A DNA stretch of 64,000 nucleotides from the human T2T-CHM13v2.0 reference genome, Homo sapiens, in NCBI RefSeq assembly GCF_009914755.1, contig NC_060937.1, one strand, 5' to 3'. Under the pieces are notes generated by a model. That model made no database searches, was not told the DNA's origin, and saw nothing but the letters and a program-made list of their open reading frames with translations. Each line of letters begins with the position of its first letter. Position 1 is the stretch's first letter. Shown piece by piece: positions 22,963 through 36,888 of the stretch. The position numbers and the translations under genes were made by a program.

Positions 22963-25865
22963 TTATTTTGCCCATTAGTTGATGCAGTTTCTTCCTAGCA
23001 TCGATGATGTTTACAATTTGGCATGTTTTGCAGTGGCTGGTACTGATGGTTCCTTTCCATGTTTAGTGCTTCCTTCAGGAGCTCTTGTAGGGCAGGCCTG
23101 GTGGTGACAGAATCTCTCAGGATTTGCTTGTAAATTTGTCTGTAAAGGATTTTATTTCTCCTTCACTTATGAAGCTTAGTTTGGCTGGATATGAAATTCT
23201 GATTGAAAATTCTTTAAGAATGTTGAATATTGGCCCCCACTCTCTTCTGGCTTGTAGGGTTTCTGCCGAGAGATCTGCTGTTAGTCTGATGGGCTTCCCT
23301 TTGTGGGTAACCCGACCTTTCTCTCTGGCTGCCCTTAGCATTTTTTCCTTCATTTCAACTTTGGTGAATCTGACAGTTATGTGTCTTGGGGTTGCTCTTC
23401 TCAAGGAGTGTCTTTGTGGTGGTCTCTGTATTTCGTAAATTTGAATGTTGGCCTGCCTTGCTAGGTTGGGGAAGTTCTCCTGGATAATATCCTGAAGAGT
23501 GTTTTCCAGCTTGGTTCCATTCTCCCTGCCACTTACAGGTACACCAATGAGACGTAGATTTGGTCTTTTCACATAGTCCCATATTTCTTGGAGGCTTCTT
23601 TCGTTTCTTTTTACTCTTTTTTCTCTAAACTTATCTTCTCACTTCATTTCATTAATTTGTGCTTCAGTCACTGATACCCTTTCTTCCACTTGATGGAATC
23701 TGGTACTGAAGCTTGTGCATGTGTCACGTAGTTCTCGTGCCATGGTTTTCAGCTCCATCAGATCATTTAAGGTCTTCTCTATGCTGTATATTCTAGTTAG
23801 CCATTCGTCTAATCTTTTTTCAAGGTTTTTAGCTTCCTTGTGACGGGTTCAAACATCTTCCTTTAGCTTGGAGAAGTTTGTTACTACCAACTTTCTGAAG
23901 TCTACTTCTGTCAACTCGTCAAAGTCATTCTCCGTCCTGTTTTGTTCCCATTGCTGGCAAGGAGCTGTGATACTTGGAGGAGAAGGGGTGCTCTGGTTTT
24001 TAGAATTTTCATCTTTTCTGCTCTGGTTTCTCCCCATCTTTGTGGTTTTATCTACCTTTGGTCTTTGCTGATAGTGACCTACAGATGGGGTTTTGGTGTG
24101 GATGTCCTTTTTGTTGATGTTGATGCTATTCCTTCCTGTTTGTTAGTTTTCCTTCTAACAGTCAGGTCCCTCAGCTGCAGGTCTGTTGGAGTTTGCTGGA
24201 GGTCCACTCCAGACCCTGTTTGCCTAGGTATCACCAGCGGAGGCTGCAGAACAGCAAATATTGCAGAACAGCAAATATTGCTGCCTGATCCTTCCTCTGG
24301 AAGCTTCGTCTCAGAGGGGCACCCAGCTGTATGAGGTGTCAATCAGCCCCTACTGGGAGGTGTCTCCCAGTTAGGCTACTCGGGGGTCTGGGACCCACTT
24401 GAGGAGGCAGTCTGTCCCTTCTCGGATCTCAAACTCCGTGCTGGGAGAACCACTACTCTCCTCAAAGCTGTCAGACAGGAACGTTGAAGTCTGCAGAAGT
24501 TTCTGCTGCCTTTTGTTCAGCTATGCCTTGCCTCCAGAGGTGGAGTCTACAGAGGCAGGCAGGCCTCCTTGAGCTGCAGTGGGCTCCACCCAGTTTGAGC
24601 TTTCCGGCTGCTTTGTTTACCTACTCAAGCCTCAGTAATGGCGGACGCTCCTCCCCCAGCCTCGCTGCCACCTGGCAGTTCGATCTCAGACTACTCTGCT
24701 AGCAGTAAGCAAGGCTCTGTGGGCGTGGGACCCTCCATGCCAGGCCCTGGATATAATCTCCTGGTGTGCCGTTTGCTGAGACCATTGGAAAAGCACAGTA
24801 TTAGGGTGGGAGTGTCCTGATTTTCCAGGTACCATCTTTCATGGCTTCCCTTGGCTAGGAAAAGGAATTCGCTGACCCCTTGCACTTTGTGGGTGAGGCT
24901 ATGCCCCACCCTGCTTTGGCTCACACTCCTTGGGCTGCACCCACTTTCCAACAAGTCCCAGTGAGATGAACCTGGTACCTCAGTTGGAAATGCATAAATC
25001 ACCCATCTTCTGTATTGCTCACACTGGGAGCTGTAGACTGGAGCTGTTCCTATTCGGCCATCTTGGATCAGCCTCCTTAAGTAGAAAGTTTAATCCATTT
25101 ATCTTAAAGTTACTATTGACACGTGAGAGTGTATTCCTGTCATTTTATTAATTGATATCTGGTTGTTTTTATGTTCTTTGTTTCATTCTTTCTTATTATG
25201 ATTGTGGTTTGGTGGTTTTCTGTAATGGTACATTTGAGTTATTTTTCTTCCTCATTTGTGTGCTTGCTCTATCAGTAAGTTTTATACTTTCATGTGTCTT
25301 CATGACAGCAGATATTGTCCCTTTGTTCCAGGTGTAAGACTCCCTCAAGCATTTCTTATAGAACTGCTGTAGTCGTAATGCATTCCCTCAGCTTTTGCTT
25401 GTCTGGAAAATACCTTATTTCTCCTTCCTCTTCAAAGTTATGAAACATAACTTTGTTGGGTATAATATCCTTGGCTGACAGCTGTTTTTCTTTCAGCACT
25501 TTGAATACATCATCCCATTCCCTGCTGGTTTGTAAGTTTTCTGCTGAGAAATCCCGTTAGTCTGATAAGAGTTCTCTTACAGGTGACTAGATGCTTTTCT
25601 CTTACTATCTTTAGAATTTTCTTTGTTTTTTACTTTTGACAGTTTGACTATAATTTCATGCAGAAGACCTTTTTGCATTCTGTCTCTTTTGTATCTATAT
25701 CTGTTTCATATCTGACTCTCTGAGCTTTCTGTGTCTGGATATCTAAATCTCTTGCTAGACTTGGAAAGTTTTCAGCTATTATTTTGTTGAGTAGGTTTTC
25801 TAACCCTTTTATTTTCTCTTCACCGTTTAGGATACCAAAAATTCAAATATTTGGTTGCTTTATAG

Positions 25866-26171
<306 letters not shown>

Positions 26172-28546
26172 TTTATCTTTGTCTCACTGGGTTATTTCCA
26201 GAGACCTGACTTCACATTCTGAAATTCTTTCATCAGCTGTTTTTAGTCCTTTGTTGATGCTTTTGAATGTGTTTTGTATTCCATTTAATGAATTCTTCAG
26301 TTCCAGAATTTCTGTTTGGTTCTTTCTTATAATTATGTTTCTTTGGTAAATTTCTTATATTCCAAATTGTTTTTCTAAATTATTTGTATTGCTTTTCTGT
26401 TTTTTCTTATATTTGAGCTGAGCATCTTTAATATCACTATTTCAAATTTATAATCTGGGATTTCTTAAATTTTTGTTTTTGATTGGAATCTGTTGCTGGA
26501 GGATTATTGTGTTTCTTTGGAGGTGTCATATTGCCTTGCTTTTTCATATTTCTTGTGTCCTTATGTCAGTATCCATGCATCTGGTATAGCAGTCACTTCT
26601 TTCAATTTTTTGAGGTTGCTTTCATAGGGGAGGACTTTTTCCTGAAGATGCATCTATTGTGTTGGTTGGGTAGAACACTTTGACTTTGATTCAGGGTACA
26701 TGCTGAAGTGTAGTCTTTGTATAACTTCTGCTATAAACAGTGTTATGGTGTCTGTGATTTCCACAGTGGCTTAGGGTGCAGTTGTTAGTGGAGGCTGTAG
26801 TGAAGTTTTGCTGGGGATGGGGATGTGAGGTGGGCCTGTCCTCGGGCCTCAGTAGGGGCAGCAGCAGGCCCAAGCCTACCTGTCCTTGGGCCCCCAGGTG
26901 TTGTACATGAGTACCAGTGTTAGCAAATCCAGGCATGCTGATTCTTGGGCCTCTAGGCAGCTTGCTCAGGTGCTAGTAGTGGCAGCAGTGGGTCAGGCAG
27001 GTGGCCAGGTGGGTTCTTTGGCCTCTGGAAGCAGATATGGCTTCGGTGATGTCATTAGCAATGGCAGGACTAACCTCTGGGTTCCAAGCAGTCCATGCTG
27101 ATGTTGATGGTGACTGTGACAGGCTGGGCAAGCCAGTCCCCAGGCCCACAGGTGGTACATGCAGATGGGTGCCTGCTGCAGTGATTAAAGGCAGGTTGGG
27201 TGGGCTCAATCTCAGGCCACCAGGAGGAGTGCTCAGGTGTGTGGCACAGGTGATGGACTGGGCTAGGTAGTCCCCAGGCCTCCCAGACAGTGTGCTCAAA
27301 CACTGGGGGCACAGAGCCAAGACCTGTCCTCAGGCCCTCCAGTGGTGTTTGTAGGTGCTAACTGTGTTGGCAGGGTAGGGATGACCCCCAGGCCCAAGGA
27401 AGAATCCTCAGGTGGAGGCGGCAGTGGCTATGCTGCAGACCTGCTATTAGGGAGGGCTTTCAGTGGCAACAGCTATATGCAGGCTGCTAGGGAATACCCA
27501 CTTCACTTGCGCTTTGGCCCCAGCTGCAGCAGCCCACAGCTGCAGTTGCTGCAGACAGGAAGTTTGTCCTTGGAGTGCATGAAGATGTGCAGCAGCTTCA
27601 CTGCTGGGGGCAACAGGATCTTTGCCAGTGGCTCAGGCTTTAGTCCTGAAAGCAGCAGCCAGTGACAGTGGTGGCCTGTGGGTAGGAAATGTCAGTGGGG
27701 CTCCAGACATGTGGAGATGTGGGGACTGTAGGGCTTGTGGGCAGGATGCAGTCTTTTGGGGGTTGTGCTCTCAATATGATACCTTGTTCTAGCTGCTTAG
27801 GGTTTGGGAAGTATATAGGACCCAGCGTGAACTCCCTCTCTTGAGCAATGTCTTGCACAACTCCAGGCATCTCCCTATGTTAGTTGCAGCCCACAAGGGT
27901 CTAGGGTCTTTCCCATGACTAGAATACAGGAGTCCACGGTGGGAATGTGTACCACTGGGGGTCACTTACTTACCCTTTCCCCACACTGGACAACCTTTCT
28001 AGGCTCCCAGCTGATTGCAGCCGAGCAGGCTTACTTCCTTCTCCTTCCTTGTTTTACATGTTTCCAGTTTAATTCCAGTGTTCTCTCTTAGGTGATCTGT
28101 TCAAAGTGTAACATTTTAAATGAAGTTCCACATTATTTTCTAATAAAATAGTGGCAGAGTCCTTGTAAAAAATTGGCAATTTTGCTTTCAACAGTACATG
28201 TTTTATTTATTAACTGTGCAAAATGGATTTTTAAATAATTGATAATAGTTTTGTTTCTTCAGTAAGCTAAATATCTTCCTTAACTCCACTCCAAAAAAAA
28301 AGAGTCTGGCTTACACAGCTGATTTGCTTAGCACTACCTTCTGTTTTAAAGTAGTATGCAGGTACACATGTTAAGTTTGTTACATATCCTAACTGCCAAA
28401 TTCCATATTAGTGGAATCTGAATACAGTTACAGTTGGTAAAGAAAGAAGTAGTTTCATAAAATACTCTAAACTATAGTGTATATAATGTACATTGGTTGA
28501 AAATGCTTTATTTATCAGACATGATATATTACCCTTTTTTCCCCAG

Positions 28547-28606
28547 AGGAGAAGAAACAAATATCACTTTAAATGATCTCAAGCCAGCCATGGATTACCA
28601 TGCAAA
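28547..28606 (+). CDS. FNDC3A: FNDC3A exon (GEETNITLNDLKPAMDYHAK)
   Basis: polypyrimidine tract plus ccag, gtaagg donor; 60 nt, phase 2 to 2. Confidence 0.95.
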
Positions 28607-28732
28607 GTAAGGAATTCCTACAGATTGCCTTTATAAGATACAGCATAAGGGGTTTTTTTTTTAAATAATTATTTTCTTAAAAATCTAGTATATAATTTAA
28701 ACATTAATTTTGGATTAAAAACAGACTTTGTG

Positions 28733-29023
28733 GGCTGGGCGCAGTGCGCCCGTAATCCCAGCACTTTGGGTGGCCAAGACGAGGATTTCTTGAGCCCAGG
28801 AGTTCAAGACCAGTCTGAGTGACATAGTGAGACCCTATCTCGACAAAGAAATCCAAAAAGTAGCCAAGCATGGTGGTGCAGGCCTGTGGTATCAGCTACT
28901 CGGAAGGCTGAGGTAGGAGGATTGCTTGAGCCCAGGAGGTTAAGACTGCAGTGAGCCATGATTGTGCCATTGTATTCCAGCCTGGGCTACAAAGTGAGAC
29001 CTTGTCTCAAACAAAAAAAAAAA
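28733..29023 (+). mobile_element. AluJ
   Basis: Dimer with A-tail. Confidence 0.85.
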
Positions 29024-29915
29024 CTTTGCAGACTTCAGTTTTTCTATTGGTAAAATTATCAAAATTTTTCCAAAAAAAAAACATTTAACTCATGTTACAG
29101 TCAAGGACTAATCATCCTGTTTGTAGAATTTTGGGTTTGGAATGAATCTGTAGAATATGTCTGTAGCATCTGGTTTGGCACTGGAAACTTGTCCCAGCTT
29201 TTGGAATTTTTATAAAATAATTATAAATATTTTGTTTACACATATCTTTTACTACATCCTGTTTTAGGGTTCGGGATACCAAGACTCTAGAATTTCACAA
29301 CATTTAATAGGAAGAACTTAGATAATGTTTTACTCTATGCAGGTCTTCTAGTGTAATTTACTAAAATTTCATAGACTCTAGGGCTTACCCAGCTGAAGCC
29401 TAATATAACACATTTAGTTAATTACCCCCATTTTTAAAAAGAGCACATGTGGTTGGGATTATTTCTGTTAAACTACTAAGTGTTCAAGTGTACTTACTAT
29501 GGATATACTCAAAGTATTGTCCAACCTAACCTTTTTCAAACTGTAGATTGTAGTCACATTTAATCATGAATTTAATTCTGTGGGTTATATTCAGCATTTT
29601 TTAAAAAAGAGAAATAGAATCAAATAGGACAGAAAGCATCAGTGTATTCCCCATAGTTGAGAACATTGTTTCAGGAATATATATGCACACTCACAGTTAT
29701 ATCACAATTTTAAATTATTTCTTTGGGTTGCAGCAAAAAAGAAAAAAAAACTTGTCCTTTTTTTTTTAACGGTCACCTTTTACTTCTAATAGTCATATTT
29801 TCTTGATAGAACTTTTAGTGGACACCTTCCTAATCTGCAAGTACTTAAAGGTGACACTATTGAAAACAGGATACAGTGATTATGAAAGGTAAAACTATTT
29901 ATTTTATCACCATAG

Positions 29916-30054
29916 AGTCCAGGCAGAATATAATTCTATAAAGGGAACTCCTTCAGAGGCTGAAATCTTTACCACCTTGAGCTGTGAACCTGATATACCT
30001 AATCCACCAAGGATAGCCAATCGGACCAAAAATTCACTCACTTTGCAATGGAAG
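29916..30054 (+). CDS. FNDC3A: FNDC3A exon (VQAEYNSIKG...LTLQWK)
   Basis: catag / gtaaga; frame continuous with neighbours. Confidence 0.95.
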
Positions 30055-33000
30055 GTAAGAATATTCTTTAGGGTGTTTCCAACTGGACATGTGTTTCTTT
30101 GTTTCCCCTGGTAGTATTAAGTTTCAATTGTTGCTGGAGACAAAGAGCTTTAATTTGTTCCTGCTTTTTACATATAAGACACAAATGCCTATTTAATGTA
30201 TCTTAAAATAGCACTGTTACTGGTTTTTCTTACTATATGTAAATATAGCAAAAACGATTTGTAATTAACAGTCCTTATTACATTGCACATGTGATGACAT
30301 TGAGATTCACAACAGTGATTCTTAACCCATTACTCCTTTTTGTAATATTTCGTCATGATGCCTTTATATTCTGAATTGTATTCTAAAATTAGATTTATAA
30401 TAACTATACTCATAAATCAATATGCTGCCTAAAAGGAGGAATAAAGTTATTGTCAATAGAAAAATATATATTTTAATTCATAAACGTTTGGTCCTAGCTA
30501 CACAAGAAGATACAATGAAGTGGACAGATACCATACATAGAATTAGTCATTCAAATACCACAGACAACATTGTCACTGATTATATAATTTTCTGAAATAG
30601 TGTGGACTTGGTAAATTTCTGAACAAATTAAATGCAGTCTTTCCCAGATTGCACAGTTATTGCATTTTGGAAAACTTGGTGTCTGTTAAAACCATACAAA
30701 AAATACTTTATAAAATGGGATTTGGTTCTTCAATTCTGATAGATATTCAGAAGTCCTAGAGGAAGAGAACAATTCCCCATCATACTGATTGTCCCCCATT
30801 CTGCAGGGCTATTAGCGCCCTTGATCTTCACCCCATACCACCAGACTCTCCCCTCCTGCATTATTGTGATCAGGTTAGAAATAGCCCCCACAAAATTTCA
30901 AAACATCCCCTAGAATGGGGTACCACTCCTGTTAGCATTGGTTTGCAGTGAGATGTAACTGTTCCTCTTGATTTTAATTATCTGTCCTTGCTTTGAGAGC
31001 AAGCTCAGGGCTAGCCTTACTTTTGAAAGCTTTTAAAAATGTGGGGCTTACTACTTGTTCTGTAGCTTGTTAGTTTCTAGTTCTTCTGAGGATATTAGAT
31101 ACTTTTGTAGTCAAAAAGTACTGTTAACACATGTAAGTCAAGCAGCTGTGTATATATACATATATTCATGTGTGATAAAAAAGTATGACTAATTTTATTT
31201 CGTGTCACTTACAGTAGTATTTTATTTGTGGATATGCTCAGACCCTTTCCTTTGGTAGAGCAGTTGAGGTAGCAGCCCATTGTTGTTTATATAGGTTAAG
31301 ATTTCTGTAGGTGACTGTTCTTTATTTCGAAGATAATTAAAATAGAATTTTGAAATGTCTGCCTTTAACAATATCCTAACATCCCTATATAAGATGTAGG
31401 TGGTGGTACCTCAGATTACCCACACAGGTTTCCCAGGCTTGAACCCTTCTAGAAATGACCCTATATACACACACAGTAATCAACATGGTTGGAAAAAGAT
31501 ATCATTGTCACTGTTATTGGAGGATAGTATTATATACCTCAGAGTCGGGAGGATTAAACAGGTAACATCTAAATCGCCCATAGTATAATGTCTGGAACAT
31601 AATGAGCGTAATAACTATTGTTATTTAATATTAAAAATGAAGAAAAGTCACTAAAAGTAGTTTAGTGACTTGAATATCTGGTCTTTTGACTCTGCTACCT
31701 CACCTAATCTAAAAGCATTCCTATGGTGGTTAACATGGGAGATAGCAGTTGAGAGAGGTATCTTATTAACTGACATTGTTTAGAATTGCCAGAGCATGGT
31801 GATGACAAAAAGCTCACTAAAGATGGTCTTTTTCTGTCTTATTGCCAGTCCCCCAAGGCAGACTATCTACTTCTCAGCCCCTAGAATAGTGCTGGGTAGG
31901 AACACTGATTTTTGTGGGCAGATAGAACAAATTCAGTTCTGCTCTACTTTTAATGACTTTGTGATCTGGGATGATTTATTTGGTTCTTTGAAGCCCTCAT
32001 TTTCTCTTTTGTAAAGTTCAGGTAATAGTACTTCATAGAGTTGATTGGAGGACTAAATGAGATAAGGTAAAACACTTTACACTTAATAGTATCCCCTCAA
32101 ACTTGGAGAAAAGCTAGAGGATCAGTCTTAGGTTAAGGTGGACATTTTAATAGCCTCACTGGAAAAAGAGAAAAATTAATCAAGTAAGTGTGAGAGACCT
32201 CAGCAACTAGACTAGAGCAATCTGGAGTCATTAACACTTGGAAAATGTCTTTTTATATCCCTCACTTCCTGCTGAGACTTTTGATCTCTCTCTTTGGATT
32301 CTCTTCCTCTATATCATAAGAGCTGGAGTTTCCCAAAGATTCTTCCTCTGCCCCGTTCACATTATATTCATTTTTAACTGCCACTACTTTGCCAGTCAGT
32401 GAGATATTACCCTAACTTACAAGCAAATTCTGGCCATGCTAACCAGTTTAAAATTATAATTTAAAAAAAATTAATGTAAGATCTGTATTAGCGTTTAACA
32501 AATAATTTAGACCTCCATGTTCATCTGTATTAAAAACTTAATGATCCTTGATTGCCATTTACATAGTTAGCAATATTATATAAAAACTGGATAGAGTCCA
32601 AAAAACATCATTTCAAAAATTAAAATGGTTTAATTTTGACCAGGGGAGTCTTAAAGTCAATTGTCTGCAAATATATGGAGTTATAATAAGAATAGGGGTG
32701 ACCATTTATTCTGCAAAGAGGAAATGGGCTGAAATTGTAGAAGGAAAATTCAGATGGAAGTAAGGTTGAAATTCTTGATTTTTAGAGTGATTAAATACTG
32801 AAATAAAATGCCAAGGGAGACTGCATACTTTTACACCTAAAATAATAACAGATTGCTGAGTCAGCAGTCTCAGGTAACCAGCACAGTGAGTATAGAAACA
32901 AGGACCAAGACACTGCCCTCTCAGAGCTCCTTTCAGCACCCTGGTTCTTCACTCTTTGGTATTTTATACAATATTCCATTTATTTTGTAAGGTGAGTTTT

Positions 33001-33345
33001 AATACAAATGACAGGATCAATCCTACAACCTTAAAGCTGATAAAACTCTCTGGAAGAAAAGCAAAATGGTTTTTTTAAAGACTTTTTCAAGTTATTAATA
33101 GTTCTTGCTAAAAGAGATTGTTCAGTGTTCGGAAAGACTTGAGTAGCTTCTTGCTTTCTTTCCTTAAATTTGAAAGGATTATAGGGCATACAATACATAT
33201 ATTTTTGTATTTTTATGAACATTTTCGCAGGACCAAGTCACAGAAAACATCTGCCACATAAACTAGATCCTTATATTAGATCATCACAGTATCATTTATG
33301 AATGTACTAATTTGTTTTCATTTTGTTTTTTGGTGTTGGTTTTAG

Positions 33346-33399
33346 GCACCTAGTGACAATGGTTCTAAAATCCAAAACTTTGTATTAGAATGGGATGAA
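33346..33399 (+). CDS. FNDC3A: FNDC3A exon (APSDNGSKIQNFVLEWDE)
   Basis: tttag / gtaagt; 54 nt, phase 0 to 0. Confidence 0.95.
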
Positions 33400-33666
33400 G
33401 TAAGTAAATTGAATCTTTTTAAATGGTTAACATTATGTGCATATGTTCAGGCAAAATTAACTTTTTTGTTTGTTTTAATCATCAAGTATATTCTTCTGTC
33501 AAAAAAAGTATGAATGATTTTGTGTGGTGCATGAGTGGATTGATGGTGTTTTCAGAAAACATTCCTGACTTAACTTCCCTATTTTCAATAAATCACCATC
33601 AAAATTATTATTTAGGTAACTACCTTGATAAAGGAACTTTTTTTTCACATCAGCCTTAAAGACAAG

Positions 33667-34139
33667 TGTATTCCTTTCCTATGGCTGCTATAACAAATTA
33701 CCCCAAACCTGACATTAAAACAGCACATTATTCTCTTACTTTTCTGGAGGCCAGAAATCCAAAATGAGTTTCTCTGGGACAAAATCAAGGTGTCAGCATG
33801 GCCAGGCCCTCTCCAGGGACTTTAGAGGAGAATCTGTTTCCTTGCCTTGACCAGCTTCTGTAGGCTGTCCTCATTACTTGGTTCGTGGCCACATCACATT
33901 GCGTTTTCTCCCCTTGTTTCCATCATCACATCACCTTCCTCCTCTGTCTTCAAATCTGTCTTCCTTTTTTAGGAACACTTATGATTCCATGTAGGGTCTA
34001 TTCAGATAATCCAGGATAAGCTCCTATCTCGAGATTCTTAGTCACATTGTACAGTCCCACCTACCATATAAGGTTATATTCACAGGTTCAGGGGATTGGG
34101 ACCTGGATATTCATGGTGGCCATGACTCAGCCAACCACA
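33667..34139 (-). mobile_element. MLT1 MaLR solo LTR
   Basis: MLT1-like sequence (gctataacaaattacc...agaatctgtttccttgcc); TG...CA ends; TSD acaag/gcaag. Confidence 0.8.
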
Positions 34140-34168
34140 GCAAGCATACTGGACTTCATTGTTTAGTA

Positions 34169-34439
34169 CAGGGGTGTCCAGTCTTTTGGCTTCCTTGGGC
34201 CACACAAAATACTACATTTGTGCAAAGGTAGTTGCTGTTTTTGCCATTAAAAGTAATGGTAAAAACAGCAGTTACTTTTGCACCAACCTACATTAACACT
34301 AACAATAGCTAATGAGCTTTTAAAAAAATGACAAAAATATCTCATAATGTTTTAAGAAAGTTAACAAATTTATGTTGGGCCACATTCAAAGCTGTCCTGG
34401 GCCGCATGTGGCCCTTGGGCCGCAGGTTGGACAAGCTTG
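34169..34439 (+). mobile_element. MER30 hAT DNA transposon
   Basis: caggggtgtcca...tggacaagcttg termini; perfect 8-bp TSD gtttagta. Confidence 0.9.
34212..34291. mobile_element. MADE1 mariner MITE nested in MER30
   Basis: About 80-bp palindrome matching MADE1 TIRs (ttttgcaccaaccta). Confidence 0.88.
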
Positions 34440-34539
34440 GTTTAGTACATTGTTTTTACTATCAGTTACCATGTTCTCTCTTGCCCTATGGCTTGTACCA
34501 AGCTAAGAAGAGGGGCCAGAGGGAGTGGAAGAAATTCCA

Positions 34540-35050
34540 TTGATAAGTTGGGAATTCGGCAGTATATTAAAAGAATAATAAAGCACAACCAAGTAGATTT
34601 TATTCCGGAAATTCTAAGATAATTTAGAATTAGGAAACCTATTAACATATCACATTAATTTAGAAGAAAACTATATTGCTAAATTAAGGAAGAGTATTTG
34701 ATAAAAATTACCATTCATCTCAGTTAAAACTCAAAGCAGATTAGGAATAGAAAGGTAATTTCTTACTTGATAGTTATTTTTGTACCATCACTAAACAAAG
34801 GCATTTTTATGCAAAGCTGAAATAAGTCAAGATTGCCAATTATCCCTACCTTTATTTAACATTATTTCAGAAGTTACACTTAAGGCAGTATGACTTGAAA
34901 CCAAAGCAAAAAGTACAGTCATGGTGTCTGGCTCGGGGCAAAACTGTCATTATTTAGAGATGATATGATTTTCTACTTAGAAACTCAGTCGAATCAACTA
35001 AACAACATCAGAACTAAAAAGAGCATTTAGTAAAGCAGTCAAGTACAGTC
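34540..35050 (+). mobile_element. Ancient L1M ORF2 fragment
   Basis: Degenerate RT region (gatgatatgattttctacttagaaa). Confidence 0.55.
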
Positions 35051-35737
35051 TACAGGTTTTCTTTGAAGCAGAAGTCACCCTAACTACCATTTTATCTCTA
35101 GCAACACAATAAAGAAAAATGGGTGGCAAATGTGAAACTTACCCATTTTAGTTACCACTCTAAATTTCTAAAACTCTTTAGTTGTCCTCTTTTCTCTCTC
35201 CTTCTTATTGCCTGTAATTGGGCTGTGCTCTCTGCTAGAACATTTTCAGTGTTAATCTAAGCAGTAGAAGCGCCAAAAGTTTTATTTTAAAGAAGTTTAT
35301 GAGCTATCTAGTTGGAAGTTTGGGCATGGGTAAGGACCTTTTCTTAAAACTGTCTGCTTAGAGCTTTCCATAGGTTGAAAAAAGCCGCCAGTTGACCCTA
35401 TCAAAGATCGTCACCCCATTTCTACCACTGGTAGTCTTCTATGGAGATTGTAGGGTCCATACCTGCAGAGTTTCCTTTATTAAAGCCAGAGATTTAACAT
35501 TGGCTAAAAGATGGTACTTAATTCAAGAAGCTGTACAAAGATACCTGCTCTCTGGTGTTTTAATTCTGCATTTGATGATCTATATCATATAAAAGATGTG
35601 CTGTATCTCAGCCTTCTCTTGAGATCCATGACTTTTAGTATACACTTGCTAATATGTAACTGTCAAGAAGGAATTGATGCGAATTTATCTTTTTACAGTA
35701 ATGTACATGGTATATAATAATCAGCCATTTCTTGTAG

Positions 35738-35862
35738 GGAAAAGGAAATGGAGAATTTTGTCAGTGTTACATGGGCTCACAGAAACAATTTAAAATTACT
35801 AAACTTTCACCAGCAATGGGCTGTAAATTCAGACTATCGGCCAGAAATGACTATGGTACAAG
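35738..35862 (+). CDS. FNDC3A: FNDC3A exon (GKGNGEFCQCYMG...NDYGT)
   Basis: tgtag / gtaagg; 125 nt. Confidence 0.95.
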
Positions 35863-36669
35863 GTAAGGTGTACTTTATAAAAGAATGTAAATATTTTTAG
35901 ATTATCAAGTCAACGTCAATTGTATAATTATTTACTGTCCAAATTATTCATTAAAAATTCTGCTTAGTTTATCTCTTTGTTGATATAGTTAAGATGTGTT
36001 ACCAGTCTAGCAAAAGCTATAAGAGAGTTAGTTACATAGGAACCACAGGAAACATTAAACTTACAACTTTCCAAGATTTTCAGATATAAATTAGATTTTT
36101 ATATGTGACAAAGAGATTTTTCTTTTGCTCCTCAGCATATGTGATGACAGTATTTTGTTTAAAGTCAGGTGAACTGTAAGAACATCTAAAATACCCAATT
36201 TAAATAGAAAGGCCAAGTATCTTTCAAGAGTCATTGAAATTATTTTTGTTCTAGAGATAGCTCGGCTCACCTTAGGGGCAGGTGCGTTTAATTACACAAC
36301 TGAGAACTTATATTTTCTATTTTATATAAATGGCATTATATGAAAGTGTGTTTAAAAGTTACAACATTTACACCAATACACGAGTGTTATTGTTTCCATA
36401 AGGTAATGTGTATATTTTTTCATTGACTCGATAAATTATGATATAAAGGCTTACAAATCTGAACAAAACTGCATTTTTAATAGAACACTAATTCACTGTT
36501 TGGTATCTGACCTGGTTATCATAAAGAGATCAAACCCAAGATATATTATTTGTATTATAATTCATTATCAAAACTTGTCATTTTCCAAAAAAATTACATC
36601 TGTCACAAACTTGTTCTTTCACTGTAAAAATAACTTTTTCATGCCTTTTAAAACCATTTGTTTCAACAG

Positions 36670-36844
36670 TGGTTTTAGTGAAGAAGTCTTATATTACACC
36701 TCAGGCTGTGCTCCTTCTATGCCAGCAAGTCCTGTATTAACCAAGGCTGGAATTACTTGGTTATCCTTACAATGGAGTAAGCCCTCAGGAACACCATCAG
36801 ATGAAGGAATTTCTTACATTTTAGAGATGGAGGAAGAAACTTCA
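36670..36844 (+). CDS. FNDC3A: FNDC3A exon (GFSEEVLYYTSG...EMEEETS)
   Basis: aacag / gtaagt; inside ORF 36500-36871. Confidence 0.95.
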
Positions 36845-36888
36845 GTAAGTGCAAATATGGATTTTAAATAGTGTATTTAAAACATTTT

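Noticed and set aside
26600-28100. GC-rich block with overlapping ORFs as a nested gene or CpG island
   Set aside because: CpG-depleted and contiguous with the old L1; best read as its 5'UTR
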